From: an uncultured Acidimicrobiales bacterium
Lineage (GTDB): Bacteria; Actinomycetota; Acidimicrobiia; Acidimicrobiales; SHLQ01
Reading direction: 5' to 3'
DNA length: 39,252 bases
NCBI GenBank assembly: GCA_937969565.1
Contig: CALBVR010000185.1
Location: 1-39,252 of the forward strand
Below, in pieces: positions 8,607-18,238 of this stretch. The first letter of the stretch is position 1. Each line of letters starts with the position of its first letter. The position numbers and the translations under genes are program-made. Below the pieces are notes generated by a model that worked only from the letters and a program-made list of their open reading frames with translations, ran no database searches and was not told the origin of the DNA.

Positions 8607-9856
8607 ACGCCCTCTTCCTCGTACTCGAAGGCCAGGTCGCCGATGTGCACCAGGTCGCCCTCCTTCGCTCCGGCCTTTCGCAGCGCCTTGTTCACACCAA
8701 GCGATTCGAGCCGCCGATGTGCGTGTTCGAGCGCCGCCGGATCGGTGAGATCCGAGAGGCGGACCGCCTTGAGCGCAGGGCGTCCGAGCACCTCGTAGGC
8801 ATTCTCGCCGATGCGCTCGACGCTGATCGTCTCGGCCAACGGCCGATGGATGACGAATTCGGTGGCCGCATCCTCGGCCTCCGCAGCACGGGCAATGCGC
8901 ACGGTGTCGGCCATCTGGCCGACCAGTTCGTTGATTCCGGTGCCATCGACCGACGAGATCACAAGACCGTCGTAGGAGACATCAGGCCCGGCGATGTCGG
9001 CCCGCGATGCCACCACGATCCGGGGGCGTTCAAGAAGGTCGGGCTGGTACTCACCCAACTCGTGCAAGAGCGCCCGCTCCTGTTCGATCGGATCGACGCC
9101 GTCCCACGAGGCCAGGTCGAGCAGCAGCACCAGCACGCGGGCGCGCTCAACGTGACGGAGGAACTGATGGCCGAGACCCTTGCCGTCGGCCGCACCCTCG
9201 ATGAGGCCGGGGATGTCGGCGACGACCATCTCGAAGTTCTCTTCCTCGATGCGAACGACGCCGAGATTGGGCACCAACGTCGTGAAGGGATAGTTGGCGA
9301 TCTTCGGCTTGGCCCGCGAAATGCGACTGATCAGCGTGCTCTTGCCCACGTTGGGGAACCCCACGAGCGCCACATCGGCCACGAGCTTGAGTTCGAGACG
9401 GAGCCAACGCTCCTCGCCCTCTTCACCCTGTTCAGCGAACGCCGGGGCGCGACGCTTGTTGGAGAGGAAACGGGCATTGCCCTTGCCACCCTCGCCGCCG
9501 GCAGCAGCCCGCCACCGATCGCCATGATTCGCCAGATCGGCGAGGAGGTTGCCGTCGAAGTCGTACACCGACGTTCCCTCGGGAACGGGCACGATCAGAT
9601 CGTCGGCCGACGCACCGTGCTTCTTCGCTCCGCTGCCGTGCTTGCCGTGGGAGCCTTTGCGGTGCGGGTGATCCCGGAACGAGATCAGCGACGCGGTGTT
9701 GTGGTCGGCGACGAGCCAAATGCTCCCGCCGTTGCCACCATCACCGCCGTCGGGGCCGCCCTTCGAGACATGTGCCTCGCGACGAAAGGAGACGCATCCT
9801 GCGCCTCCATTTCCGCCTTCGACATTCAGATTGCACTCGTCGACGAAATTGCTCAT
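8603..9856 (-). CDS. obgE: GTPase ObgE/CgtA
   Basis: Gly-rich Obg fold (GGNGGAGCVSFRRE), GFPNVGKS, YPFTT, DIPG, C-terminal GAKEGDLVHIG domain; start MSNFVDE at 9856. Confidence 0.97.
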   Translation of the reverse strand: MSNFVDECNLNVEGGNGGAGCVSFRREAHVSKGGPDGGDGGNGGSIWLVADHNTASLISFRDHPHRKGSHGKHGSGAKKHGASADDLIVPVPEGTSVYDFDGNLLADLANHGDRWRAAAGGEGGKGNARFLSNKRRAPAFAEQGEEGEERWLRLELKLVADVALVGFPNVGKSTLISRISRAKPKIANYPFTTLVPNLGVVRIEEENFEMVVADIPGLIEGAADGKGLGHQFLRHVERARVLVLLLDLASWDGVDPIEQERALLHELGEYQPDLLERPRIVVASRADIAGPDVSYDGLVISSVDGTGINELVGQMADTVRIARAAEAEDAATEFVIHRPLAETISVERIGENAYEVLGRPALKAVRLSDLTDPAALEHAHRRLESLGVNKALRKAGAKEGDLVHIGDLAFEYEEEGV

Positions 9857-9875
9857 TCGCCGAGCCCGGCTTCGA

Positions 9876-10127
9876 TCAGTCCGTGAGGATGTCGACCAGC
9901 TTGCGGCCATGCCGCGAGCCGAACTTCACGACACCGTCGCTGAGAGCGAACAGGGTGTCATCGCCACCACGGCCCACGTTGAGGCCGGGATGGAACTTCG
10001 TGCCCCGCTGGCGAACGAGAATCGAGCCGGCGGTGACCTGGCCACCGTCGTACACCTTCACGCCGAGGCGCTGTGCGTTTGAATCGCGGCCGTTCCGTGT
10101 GGAACCGCCACCCTTGGTCTTCGACAT
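9876..10127 (-). CDS. rpmA: 50S ribosomal protein L27
   Basis: [33 protein letters not shown]. Confidence 0.98.
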   Translation of the reverse strand: MSKTKGGGSTRNGRDSNAQRLGVKVYDGGQVTAGSILVRQRGTKFHPGLNVGRGGDDTLFALSDGVVKFGSRHGRKLVDILTD

Positions 10128-10145
10128 GGTGTCTCCTCTTCCCCG

Positions 10146-10451
10146 TCAGCTGGCCTTGATCGAGGTGATCTCGATCTTGCTCAGCGCCTGACGATGGCCC
10201 CAGCGCTTGCGCTGGTTGGACTTGTTCTTGTAGGTGAACCCGTTGATCTTCTTGCCACGGGTGTCTTCGAGAACCTTGAAACCGACCGAAGCCTTGGAGA
10301 GCTGGTCGGGCGTGGCGAGAACGGTCCCACCATCAACGAGCAGGATGGGGGTCAGCGAGTCGTCGGCGCCTTCAGCGAGACGATTGACTTCGAGGACCTG
10401 GCCCTGCTCCACGCGGTACTGGCGACCGCCGGTCTTGATCACGGCATACAT
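10146..10451 (-). CDS. rplU: 50S ribosomal protein L21
   Basis: MYAVIKTGGRQYRV...GHRQ; directly upstream of rpmA. Confidence 0.97.
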   Translation of the reverse strand: MYAVIKTGGRQYRVEQGQVLEVNRLAEGADDSLTPILLVDGGTVLATPDQLSKASVGFKVLEDTRGKKINGFTYKNKSNQRKRWGHRQALSKIEITSIKAS

Positions 10452-10467
10452 GTTGCCAACCTTACCG

Positions 10468-11667
10468 TCACGCGGTCTGGGTTCCGACCCTCAGTTCCCG
10501 GAAGGGCACACCCTTGTCGGCCGATGGCTCACGCGGGAGCCCGAGCACCCGGTCGCCGATGATGTTTCGCTGTACCTCGTCCGTGCCGCCGGCGATGCCC
10601 GCCTGGAAGCTGTTGAGCACCCGGAGGTGCATCGCTTCGGCCTCGTCACCCTCGAGCTCCCAGGCGGTCGCCTCCGTGCCCATGACGTTCTGAGCGATCT
10701 CCCGGAAGTACCAGAAGATCTGCGATCCGAACAGCTTGCCGAGCGATCCGCCCGGCCCGGGCGCCTTGCCGGCCTTCATCTCCGCCCGAGCGCGCATGGC
10801 GACCATCGCCTTGGTGGTCTCCATCGCGTAGAGCTTCATGAGCTGGTCGCGCACGACCGGATCGCCGATGCGGCCGTTCTTCACGGCGATGTCCTTCAGC
10901 GTGGCGTAGTTCGGCTGGCGGAGGCTGCCGCCACCCATCGAACCGATGGCCACCCGCTCGTACATGAGCATGGCCGTGGCCTGGTTCCAGCCGTTGTTGA
11001 GCTCACCGAGGAGGTTCTCCTTCGGAACGCGCATGTCCGTGAAGAACACCTCGTTGAAGTGCGTGCCGCCGTCGATCTGATGAATCGGCCGAATTTCAAC
11101 GCCTGGAGCCCGCATGTCGACGATGAACATCGAGATACCGGCGTGCTTGACGACGTCAGGGTTGGTTCGGGCAATCAGCACGCCGAAATCGGACTTGTGG
11201 GCGAGCGTGGTCCACACCTTCTGGCCGTTGATGATCCACTCGTCGCCGTCGAGCTCGGCCTTCGTCTGCAGGCTGGCGACGTCGGAGCCGGCGCCGGGCT
11301 CGGAGAACATCTGACACCACATCGTCGCACCCGAGATGTTGTCCGGCATGTAGGTCCGCTTCTGCTCCTCGGTGCCGAAGTCGTTGAGCACCGGCAGACA
11401 CATGCCCTGGGAGATGACGTACTCACTGTCCGGGCTGCCGAACTTGGCCTTCTCGGCCCGCCAGATCCGGTCGTGATCCCGACTGAGGCCGGCGCCGCCG
11501 TACGCCTCGTCGAACACGATGCCGCCGAGGCCGGCCTCAGCCGCCTGTGCCAGGAACGCCTTCGCTCCGCCGACGCCGCCGGAGGTGTCGGCGGACTCGA
11601 GAAACTCCCGACATTGGGCGGTGAACGCCTCTGCATCCGCCTCGGAAAGTGTCGCGCTGTCACTCAT
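10468..11667 (-). CDS. Acyl-CoA dehydrogenase (FadE family)
   Basis: WCQMFSEPGAGSDVASL, INGQKVWTT, FNEVFF, YER, AGGTDEVQRNIIGDRVLGLPRE. Start ATG 11667 (alternative 11676). Confidence 0.93.
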   Translation of the reverse strand: MSDSATLSEADAEAFTAQCREFLESADTSGGVGGAKAFLAQAAEAGLGGIVFDEAYGGAGLSRDHDRIWRAEKAKFGSPDSEYVISQGMCLPVLNDFGTEEQKRTYMPDNISGATMWCQMFSEPGAGSDVASLQTKAELDGDEWIINGQKVWTTLAHKSDFGVLIARTNPDVVKHAGISMFIVDMRAPGVEIRPIHQIDGGTHFNEVFFTDMRVPKENLLGELNNGWNQATAMLMYERVAIGSMGGGSLRQPNYATLKDIAVKNGRIGDPVVRDQLMKLYAMETTKAMVAMRARAEMKAGKAPGPGGSLGKLFGSQIFWYFREIAQNVMGTEATAWELEGDEAEAMHLRVLNSFQAGIAGGTDEVQRNIIGDRVLGLPREPSADKGVPFRELRVGTQTA

Positions 11668-11694
11668 GTGGAACATGCCCCCGTCGATCGAAAA

Positions 11695-11718
11695 ACTGTA
11701 TGACTCCATACAGTATGG
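11695..11718. promoter_or_regulatory. Operator-like inverted repeat ACTGTATG-actc-CATACAGT, overlapped by a second palindrome CCATAC-a-GTATGG
   Basis: Perfect 8-bp arms at 11695-11702 and 11707-11714 in an AT-rich patch between divergent genes; second palindrome at 11706-11718. Confidence 0.6.
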
Positions 11719-11786
11719 CGGACAACGGTTGGGTTTGCCGTACCGCACCCGATGACGGATGATTTGGCCGGGTCACGGAGGCTGTT

Positions 11787-14438
11787 TTGGATTCTGAAAC
11801 TCAGACACCGGACATCCCCGTCGGGGTCGTCACGGTCATGTTCACCGATGTGGTCGGCTCGACGCGCCTGTGGGCGGCCGACGTCGAGGGCACATCACGA
11901 TCCCTCGTCATCCACGACGACATCGTCCGCGGCGCCATGGAACGCCATGGCGGCTACGTCTTCGGCACCGCCGGCGACAGCTTCCGGGGCGCCTTCGAGC
12001 GCCCCCAGGACGCCGTGACCGCATCGGTCGAGGTCCAACGCCGGCTCGCCGAGGCCGACTGGGGCGACGGCCCACAGCTCACCATCCGCATCGGTCTGCA
12101 CTCCGGCCGCGTCACGAGCCGCGACGGCGACTACTTCGGTCCCGTCCCCAACACTGCATCACGTATCGAAGCACTCGGGCACGGCGGGCAGATCCTCATG
12201 AGCGACCCGGTGCGCGTCGGCATCGAGACGCCAACGACATGGCTCGGCGAGCACCGCCTGCGAGACGTACCCGAACCGATGGCCATCCACCAGGTGGGTA
12301 CCGACCCTTTCCCGCCGCTGCGCGTCATCGACCCCTCGCTCTCGACGCTGCCGAACGCCGGCGCACCGATCATCGGGCGTGATCGGGAAATGGCGCAGGT
12401 CCGCGGCCTCATCGACAACTCTGCGCTCATCACACTCACCGGCATCGGTGGTTGTGGCAAGACCAAGCTCGCACTCGAAATCGCCTACCAGGAACTGCCC
12501 AGCCGTCCCGGTGGCTGCTACTTCGCCGACCTCTCCGCTGTCGCTGACGGCGCCGAGCTTCCGGCCGCGCTCGCCCGCGCCGTTCGACTCACCACCAGCG
12601 GCGCCGACACCCTCGGTCAGATCGTCGACCACCTCGCCCCCCGATCGGCGTTGTTGATCCTCGACAACTGTGAGCACATTCTCGACGAATGCGCGAGCTT
12701 TGCCGAGCAGCTCATGGCCCGCGGCAGTTCCACCGTGCTCCTCGCCACGAGCCGCCAGCGGCTCGACGTGCCGGGCGAACACGCCATCGCGGTACCGCCG
12801 CTCGAACAGGACGCGAACGGTGCCGCCGTTCAGCTGTTCCTCGAGCGGGCGGCCGAGGCGAACCCGAGCGTGGAACTCGATGGCGCCGACCGGTCCGTGA
12901 TCGCTGAGATCTGCGGCCACCTCGACGGCATGCCACTCGCCATCGAGCTCGCCGCTGCCCGAGTCGCCATTCTCAATCCGAAGGAAATCCTCTCCCGCAT
13001 GGAGGACCGCTTCCGGCTGCTGTCCGGCGGACGCGGCCGCAACAAGCGACGCACCCTCCAAGCCACGCTCGACTGGAGCTACGACCTCCTCGACGACGAC
13101 GAGAAGGACTTCTTCCGGCGCTGCGGCACGTTCGTCGGTACGTTCGACCTGCCGGCGGCGATCGCCATCTCCGGATTCGACGAGTACCTGGCGATGGACC
13201 TCCTCCAGTCGCTCGTGAACAAGTCACTCATCTCCGCCGAGGAGACCGGAGGCCAGAGCCGTTTCCGGCTGCTCGAAACGGTTCGTATCTACGCCGGCGA
13301 ACAGCTCGACCGCTCGGGCACCGTCGCAGAGGCCCGCGACGAGCACCTCGTCCACTATCACCGTTTGGTGACCACGTCCGAATGGTCCGAAGCGTGCGAC
13401 CTCGATCGCAGCTACCGGCTCAGCGCCGAATGGTCGAACGTGGCCTCCGCCCTCGAATGGGCTGCTGCCAAGGACGACTGGCACGCCGCGACCGAGATGG
13501 CCTTCGGTTGCCAGGGCATGTGGGAAACACAGATCACGGCAACGGAGGGCCACCGCTGGCTCAGCCAGATCATGCCCAACATTCCGCCGGAGCTGACCGA
13601 CGCGACCGAGGGCCTCCGCTTCTCCCACGCGCAGATTGTGATGCAGCTCGACGACTTCGAACGCGCACGACAGATCTTCTCCGAAATCACCGAGATGGAA
13701 TCGCCGAACCAGCAGGCGCAGGCACTCGGAATCATGGCGTTCGTCGTCAACCGTCAGGGCATCGACCAGTCCGAGGCCTTCCTCGCCCGCGCCAACGAGC
13801 TCATCGGGGGCGGCGACGTGGGCCCCGGAGCCCGATGCTCTGCGCTGTGGACCAGCGGCATTCTCAAGATGTACGCCGCCGACTTCGACGCCGCGCTTCC
13901 CGACTACGAGGCAGCACATGCCGCGTCGCTCCAGATCGGCCGCCGTACCTCGCACGTCATCTTCACCGGCCTCTCGCTCGCCAGCGCCCAGATCCTCACC
14001 GGACGCCCGCAGGCCGCGATCGAGACGCTCGACAGCAACGACTGGTCGAAGTCCGTCTGGGACTCCTCCCCCATCATCCGGGCCATGGCGCTGATCGACC
14101 TCGGACGGGTGAACGATGCCGCCGAGCTGGTCATCTCGTACGGGCAGGAAGCCCTGCTCGGCCGGCTCAGCCGCATGGCGAACGACGCGCTGCTCGGGCT
14201 CGCCGGTCTGGCACTGCACCGCGGTGAACACGACCATGCATGGGCGTTGCTCGAACAGGCAACCGTGCCCCGCAGCCCGGCCACCATCGGCTTGGCCGAA
14301 GGCCTCGCGGACCGGCTCGGGAAGGGCAAGCGGCTCCGAGACATGCACCGGAACCGTCTCGTGCCGCTCGCCAGCCTCGACGCCTCCGCCGCCCTCCAGG
14401 ACGAACTCACTCGGCTCTCCAGCGAGCGCGCCGCCTAG
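11787..14438 (+). CDS. Class III nucleotide cyclase - STAND/NB-ARC-like ATPase - helical (TPR-like) repeat protein
   Basis: Cyclase FTDVVGST, TAGDSF, RIGLHSG, DYFGPVPNTASR; Walker A GIGGCGKT, Walker B LLILDNCEH, LDGMPLAIELAAAR, TLQATLDWSYDLL, RFRLLETVR; TTG start with GGAGG RBS. Confidence 0.9.
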   Translation: MDSETQTPDIPVGVVTVMFTDVVGSTRLWAADVEGTSRSLVIHDDIVRGAMERHGGYVFGTAGDSFRGAFERPQDAVTASVEVQRRLAEADWGDGPQLTIRIGLHSGRVTSRDGDYFGPVPNTASRIEALGHGGQILMSDPVRVGIETPTTWLGEHRLRDVPEPMAIHQVGTDPFPPLRVIDPSLSTLPNAGAPIIGRDREMAQVRGLIDNSALITLTGIGGCGKTKLALEIAYQELPSRPGGCYFADLSAVADGAELPAALARAVRLTTSGADTLGQIVDHLAPRSALLILDNCEHILDECASFAEQLMARGSSTVLLATSRQRLDVPGEHAIAVPPLEQDANGAAVQLFLERAAEANPSVELDGADRSVIAEICGHLDGMPLAIELAAARVAILNPKEILSRMEDRFRLLSGGRGRNKRRTLQATLDWSYDLLDDDEKDFFRRCGTFVGTFDLPAAIAISGFDEYLAMDLLQSLVNKSLISAEETGGQSRFRLLETVRIYAGEQLDRSGTVAEARDEHLVHYHRLVTTSEWSEACDLDRSYRLSAEWSNVASALEWAAAKDDWHAATEMAFGCQGMWETQITATEGHRWLSQIMPNIPPELTDATEGLRFSHAQIVMQLDDFERARQIFSEITEMESPNQQAQALGIMAFVVNRQGIDQSEAFLARANELIGGGDVGPGARCSALWTSGILKMYAADFDAALPDYEAAHAASLQIGRRTSHVIFTGLSLASAQILTGRPQAAIETLDSNDWSKSVWDSSPIIRAMALIDLGRVNDAAELVISYGQEALLGRLSRMANDALLGLAGLALHRGEHDHAWALLEQATVPRSPATIGLAEGLADRLGKGKRLRDMHRNRLVPLASLDASAALQDELTRLSSERAA

Positions 14439-14451
14439 TACGGTCGCCCAG

Positions 14452-15921
14452 ATGGATCCCCGCACACCGGTCCTCGTCGGCGTCGCCCAACACACCGCCG
14501 CAACCACACCGAACGAGCCGGTCGAAATGATGGCTGCGGTCGCACGCGCCGCTCTGGACGACGCCGACCCCCGCCTGCTCGACCGCTTGGGAGCGATACG
14601 GGTGATTCGGGGCATCAACCCGTACAACGACCCGGGCCGCCTCGTCGCCGACGCCCTCGGCCTCGCCGGCGTGAGCACCGGCCTCACGCAGCATGGCGGG
14701 CAGGAGGCCTTCGACCTCGTCACCGCGACGGCCATCGACATCGCGAATGGCCACCTCGACGCCGCGCTCGTGTGCGGCGCCGAAACCATGCGCACGCGCC
14801 GCAAAGACAAATCGGCGGGGATTCGAAGCACGTACCTGCCCGAACTGGAAGACGCCGCCCCCGACACCTCGTACGGCTCCACGGCCCCCTACTGGGATGA
14901 GCTGGACACGGCCGCACGAACGAATGTCGCCGTGAACTTCTACGCGATGGCCGAGACCGCTCGACGACATCGCAACCGCGAATCCCCTGAAGCACATCGG
15001 GCACGAATCAGCGAGCTGTGGGCTGCTGCCGCGGCCGTCGCCGCCCACAACGAACACGCCGTGCTCCGGTCCGCACCCAACGCTGAAGAGATCGGCACGC
15101 CCAGCGATGCGAATCGCATGGTCGCCGATCCGTACCCGAAGCTGATGACGAGCAACGTGAACGTGGACATGGCCGCCGCCGTCGTGATCTGTTCCGCCGA
15201 AGCCGCGTCGGCTGCCGGGATCCCCGATGATCGCTGGGTCTTCCCCCTCGCTGCCTCCGGCGCATACGACCACTGGCAAACCCGGACCCGCTGGGACCTC
15301 GACCGCTCGCCGGCCATGGGGATCGCCGGCCGGAGTCTGTTGACGCACCTCGACACGGAGATCGACGCGTTCGATCACGTCGACCTCTACTCATGCTTTC
15401 CCATCGCCATTCAGGTGGCACAGGAAGAGCTCGGCCAAACGGCAGGAGCACCGTTCACGATCACCGGCGGACTCACCTTCAACGGCGGTCCGTTCAACAC
15501 CTATTGCCTCCATCCGCTCGTGACCGCCGTGCATCGAATCCGCGAAACCGGCGGGAGCGCCTTTCTCAGCGGCAACGGCGGCTTCTTCACGAAACACGCC
15601 TTCCTGGCGCTCGGCTCCGCCCCAACCGACGGGCCGTTCGAGCAGCTCCGACCACAAGACGCGGTCGACGCGCTGCCCTCCCGACCACTCACGACGGAGT
15701 CACCGGCCACTGGTGTGCTCGAGGCCTACACCACCGTGTTCGGCCGGGACGGCAGCCCCGATCACTCGATCGCCGCCGTCCTCGCCACGGACGGGAGCCG
15801 GAGTTGGGCGCGCATGTTCGACCCCGCCGACATCGAACAGCTCCGGACCTGCGACGCCGTCTCCGAACCGGTACGCCTCGAAACCGCCGACGGACCGATC
15901 CCCACAGCCCAGCTCGCCTGA
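14452..15921 (+). CDS. Thiolase-like protein (TLP1-type, often annotated acetyl-CoA acetyltransferase) with extra C-terminal domain
   Basis: MDPRTPVLVGVAQ, NRMVADPYPKLM, VDMAAAV, DLYSCFP, TITGGLTFNGGPFN, C-terminal LEAYTTVFGRDGSP. Confidence 0.82.
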   Translation: MDPRTPVLVGVAQHTAATTPNEPVEMMAAVARAALDDADPRLLDRLGAIRVIRGINPYNDPGRLVADALGLAGVSTGLTQHGGQEAFDLVTATAIDIANGHLDAALVCGAETMRTRRKDKSAGIRSTYLPELEDAAPDTSYGSTAPYWDELDTAARTNVAVNFYAMAETARRHRNRESPEAHRARISELWAAAAAVAAHNEHAVLRSAPNAEEIGTPSDANRMVADPYPKLMTSNVNVDMAAAVVICSAEAASAAGIPDDRWVFPLAASGAYDHWQTRTRWDLDRSPAMGIAGRSLLTHLDTEIDAFDHVDLYSCFPIAIQVAQEELGQTAGAPFTITGGLTFNGGPFNTYCLHPLVTAVHRIRETGGSAFLSGNGGFFTKHAFLALGSAPTDGPFEQLRPQDAVDALPSRPLTTESPATGVLEAYTTVFGRDGSPDHSIAAVLATDGSRSWARMFDPADIEQLRTCDAVSEPVRLETADGPIPTAQLA

Positions 15922-15935
15922 CAGGAGCCAGACCC

Positions 15936-17495
15936 ATGGCCAAATCCGAAACCCATTGGCACCCCGGCCACGTCGCCGCACGCACGCCGGACAAACCCGC
16001 CGTGATCATGGCCGAGACGGGCGAAACGATGACCTACGGCGAGCTCGACGCCATGGCGAACCGGCTCGCCAACTGGCTGCGCAGCGTGGGCCTCGAACGC
16101 GGCGACCACGTTGCGTTCTGCCTCGAGAACCGCACCGAGTTCCTGGCGATCATGTGGGGCTGCCACTACGCCGGCCTCTACTACACGGCAATCAGCTCTC
16201 GACTCAACGACGACGAGCTCGCCTACATCATCAACAACTGCGGCGCCGGCGCCTACATCACGTCGCCACACAAGGCGTCCTCGGCGATCAACATCATCGA
16301 GCGGACACCCGACGTTCGGGCACGGCTCAGTGTCGGCGGGGCATTCGATGGACATGCGGACTTCGCCGAGACGATGGCTGAACAATCGAGCGAGCCACTC
16401 CCCGACCGCCGGGAAGCCAACGACATGCTCTACTCATCGGGCACGACCGGACACCCGAAGGGCGTGAAGCACCCGGCCCCCGACGAACCGCTCGGCACCG
16501 GCGAGGCCGTTCTCCGGCTCGGCCAAATGCTCTTCGGCTTTCGCGAAGACGCCGTCTACCTGTCCCCCGGCCCGCTCTATCACGCCGCCCCACTCCGCTT
16601 CTGCCGCTCCATGTTGCGCGTCGGTGGCACGGTCGTCGTGATGAAGAAGTACGACAGCGCTGCGGCTCTACGGGCCATCGAGCGCTACAAGGTGACCACC
16701 AGCCAGTGGGTCCCGACCATGTTCGTTCGGATGCTCAAGCTCGACGAGGCCGAACGCAGCGCCCACGACGTTTCCAGCCTCGAATGCGCCGTGCATGCTG
16801 CGGCGCCGTGCCCCGTGCCGGTGAAGCAGGCGATGATCGAATGGTGGGGACCCGTGATCCACGAGTACTACGCCGGAACCGAGGGCAACGGCTTCGTCTA
16901 CTGCAACAGCGAAGATTGGCTGGCCCACCCCGGGACGGTCGGACGCGCCGTCACCGGCGTGCTGCACATCGTCGACGACGGCGGCACCGAACTGCCGGTC
17001 GGCGAGGAAGGTGGCGTGTACTTCTCCGATGGCTCCACGTTCGAGTACCACGGCGACGAAGAGAAGACGGCGTCCTCCCGGCTCCCGAACGGTTGGAGCA
17101 CGCTCGGCGACATCGGCCGCCTGGACGAGGACGGCTTCCTCTACCTCACCGACCGCAAGGCGTTCATGATCATCTCGGGCGGCGTGAACATCTACCCCCA
17201 GGAAGCCGAGAACGCACTCACCATGCACCCCGCGGTGTTCGACGTGGCCGTCTTCGGCGTGCCGAATGACGAGTTCGGCGAAGAGGTGAAGGCGGTCGTC
17301 CAACCCGTCGAGATGCCGACGGACGACGAGGCGGCCGAGAAGCTCGAACGCGAACTCATCGCGTTCTGCCGCGACCAGCTGGCCGATCTCAAGTGCCCGC
17401 GTTCGATCGATTTCCGGCCCGAACTCCCTCGCCACCCCACGGGCAAGCTCTACAAACGGCTCCTCAAAGACGAATACGTCAAAGCCGCGGGTTGA
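15936..17495 (+). CDS. Acyl-CoA synthetase (AMP-binding, FadD-like)
   Basis: YSSGTTGHPKG, EYYAGTE, TLGDIG, IISGGVNIYPQEAE, PTGKLYK. Confidence 0.94.
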   Translation: MAKSETHWHPGHVAARTPDKPAVIMAETGETMTYGELDAMANRLANWLRSVGLERGDHVAFCLENRTEFLAIMWGCHYAGLYYTAISSRLNDDELAYIINNCGAGAYITSPHKASSAINIIERTPDVRARLSVGGAFDGHADFAETMAEQSSEPLPDRREANDMLYSSGTTGHPKGVKHPAPDEPLGTGEAVLRLGQMLFGFREDAVYLSPGPLYHAAPLRFCRSMLRVGGTVVVMKKYDSAAALRAIERYKVTTSQWVPTMFVRMLKLDEAERSAHDVSSLECAVHAAAPCPVPVKQAMIEWWGPVIHEYYAGTEGNGFVYCNSEDWLAHPGTVGRAVTGVLHIVDDGGTELPVGEEGGVYFSDGSTFEYHGDEEKTASSRLPNGWSTLGDIGRLDEDGFLYLTDRKAFMIISGGVNIYPQEAENALTMHPAVFDVAVFGVPNDEFGEEVKAVVQPVEMPTDDEAAEKLERELIAFCRDQLADLKCPRSIDFRPELPRHPTGKLYKRLLKDEYVKAAG

Positions 17496-18238
17496 TGGAC
17501 CTCGAGTTCGTCGACGCCGTTCTCCTCCTCGTCGGAGGCGCCTTCGCCGGCGCAGTCAACGCGATGGCCGGAGGCGGCTCGATGCTGACCGTGCCCCTCC
17601 TCGTACTCGCCGGCGTGCCCGGTGTGGCCGCAAACGGTTCGAACCGGGTCGGGATCCTCACATCCAACATCACGTCGTACCTGAGCTTCCGCCGCGAAGG
17701 CGTGTCGGTTGACCTTTCTCAACTCGTTCCGATCATTCCACCGGCACTTGCGGGCTCGATGGTCGGTGCCTTCGGGATCTCCGAGCTCACCGACGAGAGC
17801 TTCGAACGGGCCTTCGGGCTCCTCATGATCCCGCTCATCATCCTCACCATTCGCAAACCACGGGTGAACACCGACGCCTCGCCGTGGCCCATCGCCGTCA
17901 CGACTGCCGTGTTCTTCGTCATCGGGATCTACGCCGGCGCCGTCCAGGCCGGCGTCGGCCTGGTGCTGTTGGCCGCACTCAGCCGGTCCGGGCTCGACCT
18001 CGTGACCGCCAACGTCGTCAAGGTCATCTTCACCCTGTGCGCCACGCTGATCGCACTTCCCATCTTCATCGCACAAGGCAACGTCCGTTGGGGACCGGCC
18101 ATCGTGCTCGCAATCGGCCTGAGCGTCGGGGGCTGGATCGGGGCGAAGTTCGCGGTTCGAGGCGGCGAACGTTGGATCCGGGCCGTCATGATTGTCGCAG
18201 CGCTGGCACTCGCCGGCCGACTGATCGGACTGTACTGA
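17495..18238 (+). CDS. Sulfite exporter TauE/SafE family membrane protein
   Basis: AGAVNAMAGGGSMLTVP, AANGSNR, GIYAGAVQAGVG; TGATG coupling at both ends. Confidence 0.88.
   Translation: MDLEFVDAVLLLVGGAFAGAVNAMAGGGSMLTVPLLVLAGVPGVAANGSNRVGILTSNITSYLSFRREGVSVDLSQLVPIIPPALAGSMVGAFGISELTDESFERAFGLLMIPLIILTIRKPRVNTDASPWPIAVTTAVFFVIGIYAGAVQAGVGLVLLAALSRSGLDLVTANVVKVIFTLCATLIALPIFIAQGNVRWGPAIVLAIGLSVGGWIGAKFAVRGGERWIRAVMIVAALALAGRLIGLY

Noticed and set aside
9876-10451. Missing prp (ysxB) between rplU and rpmA
   Set aside because: L27 here has no N-terminal extension, so the absence is the normal state.
11696-11713. CTGT...ACAG as a LexA/SOS box
   Set aside because: Spacer is 10 nt rather than the 8 of the E. 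coli box, and actinobacterial LexA uses GAAC-N4-GTTC.
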